Notes: generated by a model not told the origin, from the letters alone. A stretch of 64,000 bases of DNA from Candidatus Omnitrophota bacterium (GCA_018902915.1 JAHIPS010000106.1:5504-69503); one strand, 5' to 3'. Shown: positions 47,981-58,325, counted from the stretch's first letter. Made by a program: numbers and translations.

Positions 47981-48063
47981 ATCTACCTCCCTGTTTTTCG
48001 CTCCCCTTATTTGACAAATCCGACACGTACGTTTTGTCAAATAAGGCTCGCGCGACTAAATTC

Positions 48064-50856
48064 TCAAAATCTCCCGTTATAATAGATACGCAATATGTGT
48101 TGCGTATCTAGCGTGGGATAAAAATCCCCGTAAGGGCTTGCTGTAGCGCCTAATGCCGGAGAAACAACATTGCCCTCACCAAATTGTATAACCAGAAGTC
48201 CATATTCGGTTACGCTATAATTCAACTCCGCAAATATATTATGATGGTTCTCGTATTTCAAATCCCCGCTCGTATTCAACCTGTAGAGATTATACGCCTT
48301 TGAAAAAGTATATTTTAAAAATCCCGTGAGTTTATTAGTAAATCTGTATTTAAGGGTAGTGCCAAAATGGTTCATGTTGCTGTCTATGCTCTGCGCAAAC
48401 TTAAAATCATTCTTGGTATAGTCAAAATCTATTCCCAGGCTCTCTGATGGTTTTAGCGAAACACCGGCCCTGTAGATATTAAAGCGGTCGTAAGGCGGCA
48501 GATCAAAAAATCCCTGCGAATACAGGAAAGGGTTCTTATTTCTATATATATCGCCGTCTATGGTCTCAGTGACAAAACTATAATTCTCTAAAAGATCCCT
48601 GGGGTGATTGTCTGTGGCAAAGGTAGAGTCATTTGTATTTTCATATATACCGAAGATGCTTATCCATTCAGATGGCTCAAATTCAAGGCCGACAGAATAA
48701 GTAGACACGGAAGGATCCTCGTTGTCTTCAATAGTTGAATTCACGTAAAAGTCTCCTGTGTCTGAATCATACTTTATAGGATCTATCCCCCCTTTTGTCT
48801 CGGGAAGGTCGTGATATATCATTAAAAATTTCGAGGTCCACTCGGGATTTATCCTGAAGGTATTTTCATCCCTGAAAACGCCTTCGACATACTTATTGTC
48901 AGAATCCCTCACATATCTATAGTCTATCAAATTATCCATTCTGCCGCCAAACGCCTCTTCTGTATCCAGTCTAAAGTTAACCACCTTCCTGCCCGCGTCT
49001 ATACCGTCACCTATCTTAAAAGGCTCCATATCATGATATGTAAGTGGGTCTTCCCCCCATGTGGTCCACTCTAGCGGCTCGTCAAAATGTATATGCCGGC
49101 CCCAGTATTGATCCCTTCTTGTCTCTTTGTAATTTGAAAGGCCTGCCTCAAACTCCTCATCCATGTGCGTGAAGGCGATCCTCGCATCTCCAAAACCAGT
49201 CTGCCTTTTAAGCGCGATGTGAGTTGACGCGCCATCCTTTTCTGTTTTGTAAGTAGCGTCTATCTTGTCATCCTCGCTTTTACTAATAGCGACTTCAGCG
49301 ACTATATTTGTCAAAGGATTGATGTCATAACTTACATCGATGCCTGAGGTGTAGTTATAGGAATCTGTCTTGCCGTCATTATATCCGAATCTGAACGTGT
49401 CTGTAAAACCGAGCATAAACTCATCATTAATCCATGTCTTGGTCCTTACCGCGCCTGGTAATGAAGTCACGCTCCCGTAATCCTGCCATAGTCCTTTTGG
49501 CGTTGCTATAGTCGCAGAAAGTCCTGTATTGCCAAAGAGTTCCCCTGCTTCAAAGGAAACGCCTCTTAGCGCAGTAAGTCTTTTCAGATCACTGTCTCTT
49601 GTAAAAAACGAAAGGTCATCTGACCACCTGCCGCGCCAGAAGTCATCTGGATTAAATCCTGTATTTAGATGTCCTGGTACCCAGTCATCAAGCCATGGAC
49701 TTGGCTCCCAATAAATGTGATGATTGGAAAGACCCAATGGATCATCAGAAGAAAGCGCCTGGTCTTCCAACGCAAACGGAAATATTTTCAATTTATAATC
49801 ATCTTTGTTACAATCAAACCACAACTCTCTAATCGGCTGAAACGTAAAATCCACATCCTGCTCAGGTATGGAATAGGTACTAAGCACAAAGTCCTTCTCG
49901 TCTTTGCTGGCAGCTGTAAAGGCAGGTATCTTACCGTCTGTAACCTTATACTCCAAGGTGTCAAACTTGTAATTATAATCAGATGTGTAAAATGTCTCGT
50001 TAATCGTGCTTCGAGTTCCAGACCAGTATTTTAATTCTAATTCAATCCTGTCTACAGCCACATTATCTACAATGGTAAATTTGTCTGTCTTACCAACAAA
50101 ACTCCACGGGTCCACTGTAATATCAGAATGAAAATTTAAACCTTCTTCATCTTTATTTGTATCAAACACCACCTTAAACCTATCAAACACCCTTGTATCA
50201 AACGTGTTTATCTTTGGAAAATTATGATCGATCATCCTGAAGTTGCGCTCATTATAGTCGCCGTTGGAGTCCTTCCAGATCAGGTCTTCGCTCGTCGCGC
50301 CAAAGGCCATTTTGTATTCTCCGCGTATCTCGGCAGGAGAAATATTTTCATTCAATGAATCCGCTATGGCCTTTATTTTATCCTCGCTATATACTGGATA
50401 TTCAGGTCCTACTTCTGGTTCAAAATAATCATCCTCGTACTCTTCTTCGTATTCCGGCTCGTAATAGCTATATTCGTATTCCTCTTCAAACTCTGATTTA
50501 TCATAATATTCCGGGTCGTCGCTGACTTCTCCTGAATAATCAAAGGATTCACTTTCCCTTTCTAATTCATCCGCCCTTTGATAGTAATCAAATCGGCCCC
50601 TTGCCCGCAACCTGAGCTCTGCATTCACGAGATCCAGGTACCCCTGGGCCTCGTCATTGCGCGGGTCAAGCTCAACAGCCCTCTCGAGAATCTCTTTTGC
50701 CTCGTAGAGGTTTCCAGCGTGATAATAATCTATACCTTTACTATACAGGCCAAAGCTCTCGGCCACGTACTGTTCCTGGGCATAGCAAGGCAGACCCCAA
50801 CATAAAATTGCGCATACCAATAACACATTAATTATGTAGGATCTTTCTATCTCCAT
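48064..50856 (-). CDS. Large outer-membrane protein: signal peptide, a TPR-like segment, an acidic E/Y/D-rich low-complexity region, and a C-terminal beta-barrel-like domain ending in Phe.
   Basis: Signal peptide ...LPCYAQ. EYEYSYYEPEYEEEYEDDYFEPEV acidic tract. Abundant amphipathic beta-strand pattern. C-terminus ...RIYYNGRF (OMP-type aromatic terminus). Confidence 0.5.
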   Translation of the reverse strand: MEIERSYIINVLLVCAILCWGLPCYAQEQYVAESFGLYSKGIDYYHAGNLYEAKEILERAVELDPRNDEAQGYLDLVNAELRLRARGRFDYYQRADELERESESFDYSGEVSDDPEYYDKSEFEEEYEYSYYEPEYEEEYEDDYFEPEVGPEYPVYSEDKIKAIADSLNENISPAEIRGEYKMAFGATSEDLIWKDSNGDYNERNFRMIDHNFPKINTFDTRVFDRFKVVFDTNKDEEGLNFHSDITVDPWSFVGKTDKFTIVDNVAVDRIELELKYWSGTRSTINETFYTSDYNYKFDTLEYKVTDGKIPAFTAASKDEKDFVLSTYSIPEQDVDFTFQPIRELWFDCNKDDYKLKIFPFALEDQALSSDDPLGLSNHHIYWEPSPWLDDWVPGHLNTGFNPDDFWRGRWSDDLSFFTRDSDLKRLTALRGVSFEAGELFGNTGLSATIATPKGLWQDYGSVTSLPGAVRTKTWINDEFMLGFTDTFRFGYNDGKTDSYNYTSGIDVSYDINPLTNIVAEVAISKSEDDKIDATYKTEKDGASTHIALKRQTGFGDARIAFTHMDEEFEAGLSNYKETRRDQYWGRHIHFDEPLEWTTWGEDPLTYHDMEPFKIGDGIDAGRKVVNFRLDTEEAFGGRMDNLIDYRYVRDSDNKYVEGVFRDENTFRINPEWTSKFLMIYHDLPETKGGIDPIKYDSDTGDFYVNSTIEDNEDPSVSTYSVGLEFEPSEWISIFGIYENTNDSTFATDNHPRDLLENYSFVTETIDGDIYRNKNPFLYSQGFFDLPPYDRFNIYRAGVSLKPSESLGIDFDYTKNDFKFAQSIDSNMNHFGTTLKYRFTNKLTGFLKYTFSKAYNLYRLNTSGDLKYENHHNIFAELNYSVTEYGLLVIQFGEGNVVSPALGATASPYGDFYPTLDTQHILRIYYNGRF

Positions 50857-52049
50857 AGCTCCTTTAACTTAAAGTATGCCTTAGTGGGCTTGCGTTCGTC
50901 AAGCCCCTTGTGTTTTTCTAAAGCGCAAACGCCCCACCATTCCTCATTTATATTCAAATTCTGGGGCGCCTTTATGTCAAAATAATAGGCCCCATTGGAC
51001 CAGCTCGCAGCTGTATCGTGCATATTCCAACCAGGCCTGTTCTCTTCATTGAATTTCCACCATTCGTCTGTCCACTCGAAAACAAAACCTCCGAGGCAAT
51101 TCCCAATACCGCTGCCTTCAAATGTATTCTTCGCTATCTCTTTCCATTCCGCCTCTATAAATTCCGCCTGGATGCCCTCGTCTTCTTCCTTCAGAAACGA
51201 ATTATACCTATCGCAGCCAAATTCTATTATAAGTATAGGTCTTTTGAATTTCATCGCGACTTCCCTGAAAAAACTTCCAAATGCCTTACCTCTATATATA
51301 GAGCACCCCAGTATATCGACATCCTGCGTGACCTTACTAGCCACATCTATATCAGTAAGCTCTGCATTGGCCAGGACAACCGGATGGTCAGGGTCTATCT
51401 TGTGAATCTCGCGACTGATCTCATTTACAAAAGAATAATAGATCTTTGCCCTTGCTTGTCTCTTTAAATAAGGATCGTCCAATGCCTCTATCTCATCGGT
51501 TGTCCAGAGATTCAATGTCTGCGGACCGTAGGAAAAAGATACATTGTTCTCGTTCCCCAGTATCCAGCACAGGATCCCTTTCTCATCTTTATAGGTACTT
51601 ACCATCAGGAGCACATCTTTTTTTACTTTTTCGCGAAAACCTATATCCGCATAGTTCGGGTCATCCCAGAAACCAAGCCAATGCCCCATCATTACTCGAA
51701 TCCCAAACTTACTGTAAAAATCCTTCATCACCTGTTTCGTCTTCTCTGGATCTTCGCTTGGCTGATATACCCTTATGGTATTTACACCTATTGCTTTCAT
51801 AAGCTTACCATCATAAAGATGCGGTTTCTGTGGATCCGCCCAAAAATCATAGGCATGGTCCTGCCCTATAGGCGTAGGACTGTACACCATGCCTTTGACT
51901 ATATATGGGCTGCCATTTACTATTAACTGAAAGCGGTTACTTTCAAGGGTTTTTATATAAACCCTCTGCGGTCCCATCTTATTCAAAACTCCCAATAGCG
52001 CTGCCGTTAATAGTACTATGCAAACTGCTGCTATAATTATTTTTTTCAT
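50847..52049 (-). CDS. Glycoside hydrolase, clan GH-A TIM-barrel (GH5-like); paralogue of the C-terminal domain of 52864..55167.
   Basis: Signal peptide. ILGNENNV (acid/base Glu), IIEFGCDRY (nucleophile Glu), FVFEWTDEWWK. Clear paralogy to the 767-aa protein (PYIVKGMVYSP vs PYIVKGIAYSP, and others). Confidence 0.65.
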   Translation of the reverse strand: MKKIIIAAVCIVLLTAALLGVLNKMGPQRVYIKTLESNRFQLIVNGSPYIVKGMVYSPTPIGQDHAYDFWADPQKPHLYDGKLMKAIGVNTIRVYQPSEDPEKTKQVMKDFYSKFGIRVMMGHWLGFWDDPNYADIGFREKVKKDVLLMVSTYKDEKGILCWILGNENNVSFSYGPQTLNLWTTDEIEALDDPYLKRQARAKIYYSFVNEISREIHKIDPDHPVVLANAELTDIDVASKVTQDVDILGCSIYRGKAFGSFFREVAMKFKRPILIIEFGCDRYNSFLKEEDEGIQAEFIEAEWKEIAKNTFEGSGIGNCLGGFVFEWTDEWWKFNEENRPGWNMHDTAASWSNGAYYFDIKAPQNLNINEEWWGVCALEKHKGLDERKPTKAYFKLKELWR

Positions 52050-52051
52050 CG

Positions 52052-52741
52052 TTATTCGTAGCGGATATCATCCAGGTAAAAGATAGCGCCTTCTGGATTG
52101 ACGTCCAGATTAGTCGCCAAGGCAAATCCTCCGCTGATATAGCTAAGATCCTTGCCTCTTAAATCTATCTCGTATTGTTTCCACTCGTCACTCAAAAGCA
52201 CCGGCCCTATGCCGGCTATGTCTGAATCAGGATAAAGTCCGGTTATGCCACCGACCTTGAACTCCTCTACCCTCTCGCCGCCATTCTCGCCTTTTGCCCA
52301 GAACGAGAGTTTGGTAGCGCCAGTGAGATCAAACCCGCCTTTTCTGTCACCCCAGTTATTGGCTGGATTCTGCCAGTAGAGACCGACCCATCTTGCGCCC
52401 TGGCTTGAAGCATTGGTATAGACTATCTTTATACATGTAGAACCACTGTGAGGATTTTCAAAACTGGATGCATCGATAGCCATATCAGAATAATCTCCCA
52501 TATATCCTGAAGGTATGTAATGATTATCAGGTGACCTGCCATCAGTATAAATAGGAAATGCCTTAAAACTGGTTACAACGCTTTCTGTCTCTTCATATGT
52601 ATCATATGCATCTTCTTCATAGTCATAAGAGTAGTCTGTCTGTGCATACTGCTCTCTATCACTAGAACCGCCACAACTTGCTATGCTAAAAAGCATCAAT
52701 CCCGCTATTACCAAAAATGTCAAACTTAAACTCTTTCTCAT
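52052..52741 (-). CDS. Lipoprotein with a carbohydrate-binding-module-like beta-sandwich domain (putative).
   Basis: Lipobox FSIASCGG. C-terminal region IKIVYTNASSQGARWVGLYWQNPANNWGD...FYLDDIRYE is typical of CBM/galactose-binding-like folds. Confidence 0.4.
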   Translation of the reverse strand: MRKSLSLTFLVIAGLMLFSIASCGGSSDREQYAQTDYSYDYEEDAYDTYEETESVVTSFKAFPIYTDGRSPDNHYIPSGYMGDYSDMAIDASSFENPHSGSTCIKIVYTNASSQGARWVGLYWQNPANNWGDRKGGFDLTGATKLSFWAKGENGGERVEEFKVGGITGLYPDSDIAGIGPVLLSDEWKQYEIDLRGKDLSYISGGFALATNLDVNPEGAIFYLDDIRYE

Positions 52742-52775
52742 GTCCTACCTCCTTGTTATTTTTATAGTCTTACTC

Positions 52776-52827
52776 TTCTCGACTCGTTTCACTCGCTCGA
52801 AGAATATTGTTCGAGCGAAGTCGAGAA
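52776..52827 (-). other. Extended RNA hairpin in the intergenic region upstream of the lipoprotein gene and downstream of the TPR-GH gene.
   Basis: TTCTCGACT (52776-84) pairs with AGTCGAGAA (52819-27). CGCTCGAA (52794-801) pairs with TTCGAGCG (52810-17); loop GAATATTG. No T-tract follows on the transcribed strand, so it is not a canonical intrinsic terminator. Confidence 0.5.
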
Positions 52828-52863
52828 CAACTGTTTTACACTCTCTCCACACCTCCTTCCTTA

Positions 52864-55167
52864 CTATTCCGTCCACATCTCCTGATAGACAAAATATGCC
52901 TTTTTAAGCTGTCTCAAGAATGGACTGCTTTTGCCATCCCCCTGGCCAGCCACGCCAAGCCACTCCTCGTAATTCCATCCATCTGGAAACGGGCCTGACC
53001 AGTTTCTTGTAGTATCGTGCAGGCCTGGCTCGTACGCCTTCCACCACTCATCCAGCCACTCGAAATGCACTCCTCCTATTGCATTCCCGATACCCCTTCG
53101 GCCTGCTGAATTATAGACTATATCCTTCCAGTTGCCCTCCAGATACTCGGCCTGTTTAGCCTCTACGAATTCCTTTGACTTTTCCTGCATGTAGCTCGGA
53201 CAGCCATACTCTGTAATTATGACAGGCTTATCGCATACATCCTTTACATTCTCCCAGAAACTCCTGCCAAAACCATGCTCACCCCTGTAAGCATTGGAAC
53301 CGTAAATATCAACGTCAGGACACCTCTCGCCAAACACATCCAGAAATAACAGATCGCCGCTCGAGACAGCCACTGGATGATCCCTGTCAACCGTCTTTAT
53401 CATCTGCGCGACCTCGTTGACAAACTTGTAATATGCGTCGGGTTTTTCCTTAGCATTATTCGCGACCCCGTAATTATTTTCATTCCCGAGCATCCAGAAT
53501 AACACATACGGCTCGTCCTTGTGTTTTTCTACCATCTTGCGGACGCTGTCCATCATATTCTTTCTCTGGTCTGGATTTTCATAATCAGTGCCCTCGTACC
53601 AGTTCGCGCCAGACCCAACCGTATACGCTCCCAAGAGATCACCCATGATAACCATTATCCCGAACCTGTTATACAGGTCCCGCATGAGTTCCTTATTAGA
53701 CGCATTGTGATAAACGCGCAGGGTATTGCAGCCCATGCGCCTAAATAACTCAAAATCGCCCACAGGACTCTCGCCAGGATCCTGCGTGTTGTTAAAATTC
53801 TCGTCTACCCACGCGTCGTACGGGCCGTCTATCCTTCCATTATTATTGTAATCTGCCTGCATCCAGTCATCCAGCGTGCCGTCGTCAGGACTCTGGCCTA
53901 TCTTTGCCGGCGAGTACGCAATGCCTTTAACTATATATGGTTCCCCCTCGACCCTGAGCTCCCAGTGCCCGTTTTTATATCTCACGAGGTCCACCTTGCC
54001 GTCGCCAACCTGCCTCACCACCATGCCTTTTTTCACGCCTTCATTCTTAAACAAAATCCTTTTTATCTTGTCAAAAAAGCCTAGCTTTACAATGCTGCCG
54101 GGCCTGATAATAAATTTGTCATTCGTAATACTGTTGTCAAAACCGTTTTTAACAAATATCCTCGCCCCGCGCAATTCCATATCAAGCTCTGGATTGTGCT
54201 TTATCAAATACTCTATCCTGTCAATCGCGACCTGACCGATATACCATGGCGTGTGGAAATATGTCCAGCCCGCTGATTTTGGAAAATGCACCACTATTGC
54301 ATAATACGCCTTTATCGCTTGCTGCACCAGCCCAGAACGCTCAAGCGCAAGTGCTGTATAAAAAAGTCTCACGCCCATTGGTTCTGGCGCCTGTGACCAT
54401 TTATAAAAATTCGCCTCCAGATCCTCTGTATTTACAAACTCCCAGTGGTTGCCCTTTAACCTGCCTTCTTCCTTGACTTCGCGGTAACGCGGATCCCAGA
54501 CAACGCCTGATGTATTCGGGTAAATACCCTCGCCTGCTGCCAGGGCCAGACCTTCAGGATCTTTCACAACATACCTGTACTTATCTGTCCCTACACCTTT
54601 AAAATAACCGTATTTTTTATATTCTATTATCTCTTCCTTGCCGGGGTCATAGAGAGTGATTTTTGTCTTTGGCCTTATCTTTTTGGGCTCGATATCTTCT
54701 TCAACGACTTCGACTTTTTCTTCTGTAAGCTTCTGGAGACTGGCCTGCGCCTTTTCCTTTACGCTCCAGAACCAGCCGCGCGGGTCCCAGTTCTGTGAGT
54801 AGCCATACTTTTCTGTCACTACCAAAAACGCAGACCTTGCCTCATCGATCCTGCCCTGTGAAAGATACACCTCTCCCTGTATAAAAAAACTCGCGCCGAC
54901 TGCGTTCAGCGCTCCATAAAGGTCCACGGCCTCTGTTGCGGGAAAACCTGTAAGTGACGCCTGCTGCTCCTTTGCTTGGTCAGCGTACAGTTCTATGCAT
55001 TCCCCTGTATAATAAAAGGTCCTGTCTATATCCTTTGCGCCCCACGCTTCCCACGCCCGCAATATGTATTCCTTTGCAGACAAAACCCCTTCATCCTGAG
55101 CGCATAACGGATAACTTATAGCAGATACTAATAAAATTATCGATATAATCGCGGCTATTCTTCTCAT
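52864..55167 (-). CDS. Secreted TPR-domain + clan GH-A glycoside hydrolase fusion protein.
   Basis: Signal peptide. N-terminal TPR-like about 120 aa. C-terminal domain with MLGNENNYG, ITEYGCPSYM and VHFEWLDEWWKA. Paralogous to 50847..52049. Confidence 0.65.
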   Translation of the reverse strand: MRRIAAIISIILLVSAISYPLCAQDEGVLSAKEYILRAWEAWGAKDIDRTFYYTGECIELYADQAKEQQASLTGFPATEAVDLYGALNAVGASFFIQGEVYLSQGRIDEARSAFLVVTEKYGYSQNWDPRGWFWSVKEKAQASLQKLTEEKVEVVEEDIEPKKIRPKTKITLYDPGKEEIIEYKKYGYFKGVGTDKYRYVVKDPEGLALAAGEGIYPNTSGVVWDPRYREVKEEGRLKGNHWEFVNTEDLEANFYKWSQAPEPMGVRLFYTALALERSGLVQQAIKAYYAIVVHFPKSAGWTYFHTPWYIGQVAIDRIEYLIKHNPELDMELRGARIFVKNGFDNSITNDKFIIRPGSIVKLGFFDKIKRILFKNEGVKKGMVVRQVGDGKVDLVRYKNGHWELRVEGEPYIVKGIAYSPAKIGQSPDDGTLDDWMQADYNNNGRIDGPYDAWVDENFNNTQDPGESPVGDFELFRRMGCNTLRVYHNASNKELMRDLYNRFGIMVIMGDLLGAYTVGSGANWYEGTDYENPDQRKNMMDSVRKMVEKHKDEPYVLFWMLGNENNYGVANNAKEKPDAYYKFVNEVAQMIKTVDRDHPVAVSSGDLLFLDVFGERCPDVDIYGSNAYRGEHGFGRSFWENVKDVCDKPVIITEYGCPSYMQEKSKEFVEAKQAEYLEGNWKDIVYNSAGRRGIGNAIGGVHFEWLDEWWKAYEPGLHDTTRNWSGPFPDGWNYEEWLGVAGQGDGKSSPFLRQLKKAYFVYQEMWTE

Positions 55168-56012
55168 CCTACAATCGTTCCTGCTGTGATACCTTTAATA
55201 ATATGCTTCTGCATTAATAGATAAACCAGTATTATTGGAAGTGTCGTTATAGCCATGCCTGCCATTAAAAGCGGGTATTCTGTTATGTGTGTGCCCTGGA
55301 ATATCATAAGCCCCCTCTGCAGAGGCATCAAAGACTTTGAGGAAAAAATAAGCGTCGCCAGTATATACTCGTTCCAGACATTCAGCGAATTAAATATCAC
55401 GATCACCGCTATTGCGGGCCGCGCGAGCGGCAGGGCCACGTGCCACCATATACCGAGCTTTGAGCAGCCGTCTATGCGGCTGGCGTCTTCGAGCGCGTGT
55501 GGCATCTTGTCAAAAAATGTCTTCAAAAGATATATGCTGAATGACAGCCCCACATTTATCATGCACAATATATAACCTATCCGCGTATTCACCAGGTGCA
55601 GCTTTGTCATCAATACATAGAGCGGCACAAAACTTCCCGGAAGTGGTATCATCATCGCGATAAGAAACATGTAAAAAATTACGTTCTTGCCTGGAAACTG
55701 GAGCCGCGAAAACGCAAACGCGGCAAGCGACGAGACCACGACTATGCCAAAGACAACTGTAACTGTATAAAATATGCTGTTCAAGAAATATATCCCAAAA
55801 TTTCCCTTGGTCCACGCATGGTAAAAATTACTCCAAAGGGGGTGCCTCGGGATTATGCTCATGTCTGAAAAAACCGTCTGCTGCGTCTTGAGCGCTGATC
55901 CCACCATCCACAACAAAGGAAATATGCACGTCACTGCCACAGCTATCAGGAATAGATGGAGCAGCGAATCCTTGCAAAACCTCTCGATTTTATATTTCGT
56001 ACCTTCGTGCAT
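55164..56012 (-). CDS. Carbohydrate ABC transporter permease (MalG/UgpE-like).
   Basis: Six TM helices with the EAA loop EDASRIDGCSKLGIWWHVALPLARPA. Confidence 0.85.
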   Translation of the reverse strand: MHEGTKYKIERFCKDSLLHLFLIAVAVTCIFPLLWMVGSALKTQQTVFSDMSIIPRHPLWSNFYHAWTKGNFGIYFLNSIFYTVTVVFGIVVVSSLAAFAFSRLQFPGKNVIFYMFLIAMMIPLPGSFVPLYVLMTKLHLVNTRIGYILCMINVGLSFSIYLLKTFFDKMPHALEDASRIDGCSKLGIWWHVALPLARPAIAVIVIFNSLNVWNEYILATLIFSSKSLMPLQRGLMIFQGTHITEYPLLMAGMAITTLPIILVYLLMQKHIIKGITAGTIVG

Positions 56013-56022
56013 ATCTCTCTCC

Positions 56023-56074
56023 TGTTCAAGGCTTAGCCTTGAACATTTAAATGTTCAAGGCTAAGCCTTGAACA
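56023..56074. repeat. Paired 23-bp palindromes (copy 1 at 56023-56045, copy 2 at 56052-56074) between the two ABC permease genes.
   Basis: Same element as at 8781; the centre is TTA in copy 1 and TAA in copy 2. Confidence 0.9.
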
Positions 56075-56084
56075 GAGGAGCAAA

Positions 56085-56972
56085 CTACGCTTGCCTCATG
56101 TACTTTGACAGGCGAATCTGGATGAACGACACTGCCATGAGTATTGCGCCAAATATAATACTCTGGCTGCACGCGTATCCAAACCTGGACGAACCCACCA
56201 TCGAGGCAAGTATCCTTGTTACAGGCACCTCTGTATGATACCCGGGTCCGCCTCCTGTCATTGAAAGTATCAGAACAAACACCTGCATCGTGCCTAGTAT
56301 TGTAAGAATCGACACAAGAATAAACACAGGTACCATCAAAGGTATCGTGACCTTCTTGAACATCTGCCACGAATTCGCGCCGTCCACCTTGGCAGCCTCA
56401 TACAGCTGCCTCGGTATAGTCTGAAGCCCTGCTAAAAATATAATAAATCCCCACCCAAAACCCTTCCAGCAATGGATCACGGCAACCGAGGTGAGCGCTG
56501 TCTTTGGATTGGAAAGCCAGTCTGTTATTAAATGCGATAATCCTATATTCTGGAGCCAGTAATTTAAAAGCCCGTAATTGCCGTCATATATCCATCTCCA
56601 CACGAGCCCCACCACCACCCCGGAAAGAACAGGCGGTATATAAAATATCACCCTGTAAATATTCGCGCCTTTTATATCCCTGTCGCACGCCAGCGCGAGT
56701 GCCAGCGCGAGAGCATTCTGAAACGTAAGCGCAATAAGCGTGATGTACCCTGCCTGCGTCATTGCCTGCCACCAGACACGGTCCTGCATCAGAAGTTCCT
56801 TGAAATTCCTCAAGCCTATAAAACTTTTGGCAAAACTAAACTGCGCGATACCATCCCATTGACACAGGGCAAGCGTAAAGACCTTATAGAATGGGTATAT
56901 GTAAAAGATGGAAAATATCAATACTGCGGGCAATACAAACAGGTAATTCTCAATTGTGGATTTAGTTCTCAT
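56085..56972 (-). CDS. Carbohydrate ABC transporter permease (MalF/UgpA-like).
   Basis: Six TM helices with EAA loop YEAAKVDGANSWQMFKKVTIPLMVPV. Confidence 0.85.
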   Translation of the reverse strand: MRTKSTIENYLFVLPAVLIFSIFYIYPFYKVFTLALCQWDGIAQFSFAKSFIGLRNFKELLMQDRVWWQAMTQAGYITLIALTFQNALALALALACDRDIKGANIYRVIFYIPPVLSGVVVGLVWRWIYDGNYGLLNYWLQNIGLSHLITDWLSNPKTALTSVAVIHCWKGFGWGFIIFLAGLQTIPRQLYEAAKVDGANSWQMFKKVTIPLMVPVFILVSILTILGTMQVFVLILSMTGGGPGYHTEVPVTRILASMVGSSRFGYACSQSIIFGAILMAVSFIQIRLSKYMRQA

Positions 56973-58290
56973 ATAACTTCATCAGTTCGCGCTCTTTTAT
57001 GGCCTGGATCTCAATGGCCAGCTGTTGCGGCGTCTTCTCGCCTATGATTATGGACTGGATGCCCTTCTTGAAAGTCTCTTTTACAACCGGAAATTCCTCA
57101 ACGCCCCAGATATTCGGATGGGTGGTATTGTCCATATCATCCGCAAACTGCGACAATACTTCCGGTATATCTTCTAAGCTATGCTTATTTGCCGGCAGGT
57201 TATTCGTCTCTTTTGCCAAAAACACCTGCTGCTCTTTATCAGTAAGCCATTTTAAAAACGCGGCGGCCTTTTCTATTCTTTCAGAATTCGCATTTACCAT
57301 AAAACTCGAGCCTGCGCCGCCCCATATCATCATCGGGTATTTCCCCGAGGCCCTTGGCGGAAGCATAACCCCGTAATCCATATCCGGGTTCATGCCTTTA
57401 TAAACATTCACGCACCACGACCCATTAAATGCAAATGCCGCTCTGTTATTCGCGAATAGCTGCTCTGCAGTCTTATTAACCATTGTCACAACACCACTCG
57501 CAAGAAGTTTCTCATCTCGCATCTGGCGGAACAGATCAAAAACCTTTATCCAATCCGGATCCGTATACGGGACCTTGCCGCGTATAGTATCCAGCACCTT
57601 TCTCTCGCCCATTATATTAAACGCGTAGTTAGACGCCAGGCAATCTATTATCCATATGTCTGCCCACCCGCTAACAAGCCCCTGGATACCATTTTCTCTA
57701 AGCAGTCGATTCGCTTCTAAAAATTCGTCCCATGTCTGCGGAGGATTAGAAGGATCCCAGCCAACCTTTGCCAGCAGATCCTTATTGTAAATCATCTGGA
57801 TATTCATTACATCTATTGGCACGCCATATATGCCTGGCTCGACTCCAAAGTCACTCCCTATCCTAAATTCATTTACGGCAAGCGCTTTACTAAACAAGCG
57901 CCTCTTCCATATTTTCTCGTCCTGGTTCATTTCATCGGTAAGATTGTAAACGTGGCCGGCTTTTATAAAACTCGCAAGGTCTCTTTTTTCTCCGAGGACT
58001 CCGAATATATCAGGTAGGGTAGCTGTCTGCGCGGCTGCTCTGATCTTTTGCGCGTAGGCTTCAGATGGGGCGTAAAGTTCAAAATTTACTTTTATTCCAG
58101 TTTCATCTTCGTATCTTTTGGCAAGCTCTAAAAAGGTCTCTTCTCTATCGCTCATCCAGTGCCATACATTTATTCTTTCAGCGCTGGGCGCACTGCCTTC
58201 AAAAGCGCATCCTGTTAAAAAAACACTTAAAAAAACAATGAACGAACAAGACATAAAAAAAAGATAAACTTTCCGATTAAGACAATTCAC
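56962..58290 (-). CDS. ABC transporter extracellular solute-binding lipoprotein (family 1, sugar-binding).
   Basis: Lipobox LTGCAFEG. INVWHWMS...ETF N-lobe motif typical of SBP_bac_1. Confidence 0.8.
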   Translation of the reverse strand: MNCLNRKVYLFFMSCSFIVFLSVFLTGCAFEGSAPSAERINVWHWMSDREETFLELAKRYEDETGIKVNFELYAPSEAYAQKIRAAAQTATLPDIFGVLGEKRDLASFIKAGHVYNLTDEMNQDEKIWKRRLFSKALAVNEFRIGSDFGVEPGIYGVPIDVMNIQMIYNKDLLAKVGWDPSNPPQTWDEFLEANRLLRENGIQGLVSGWADIWIIDCLASNYAFNIMGERKVLDTIRGKVPYTDPDWIKVFDLFRQMRDEKLLASGVVTMVNKTAEQLFANNRAAFAFNGSWCVNVYKGMNPDMDYGVMLPPRASGKYPMMIWGGAGSSFMVNANSERIEKAAAFLKWLTDKEQQVFLAKETNNLPANKHSLEDIPEVLSQFADDMDNTTHPNIWGVEEFPVVKETFKKGIQSIIIGEKTPQQLAIEIQAIKERELMKLYEN

Positions 58291-58325
58291 CCTTCCTCAC
58301 CTCTCCGTTTTTGGAAACGCTTACA

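Noticed and set aside
8781-56074. Possibility that the repeated 23-bp palindromes are a CRISPR array.
   Set aside because: There are only 1.5-2 copies per locus. The units are perfect palindromes separated by 6-15 bp rather than by 30-40-bp unique spacers. The loci are scattered between housekeeping genes, with no cas genes. They are REP/MITE-like elements, not CRISPR.
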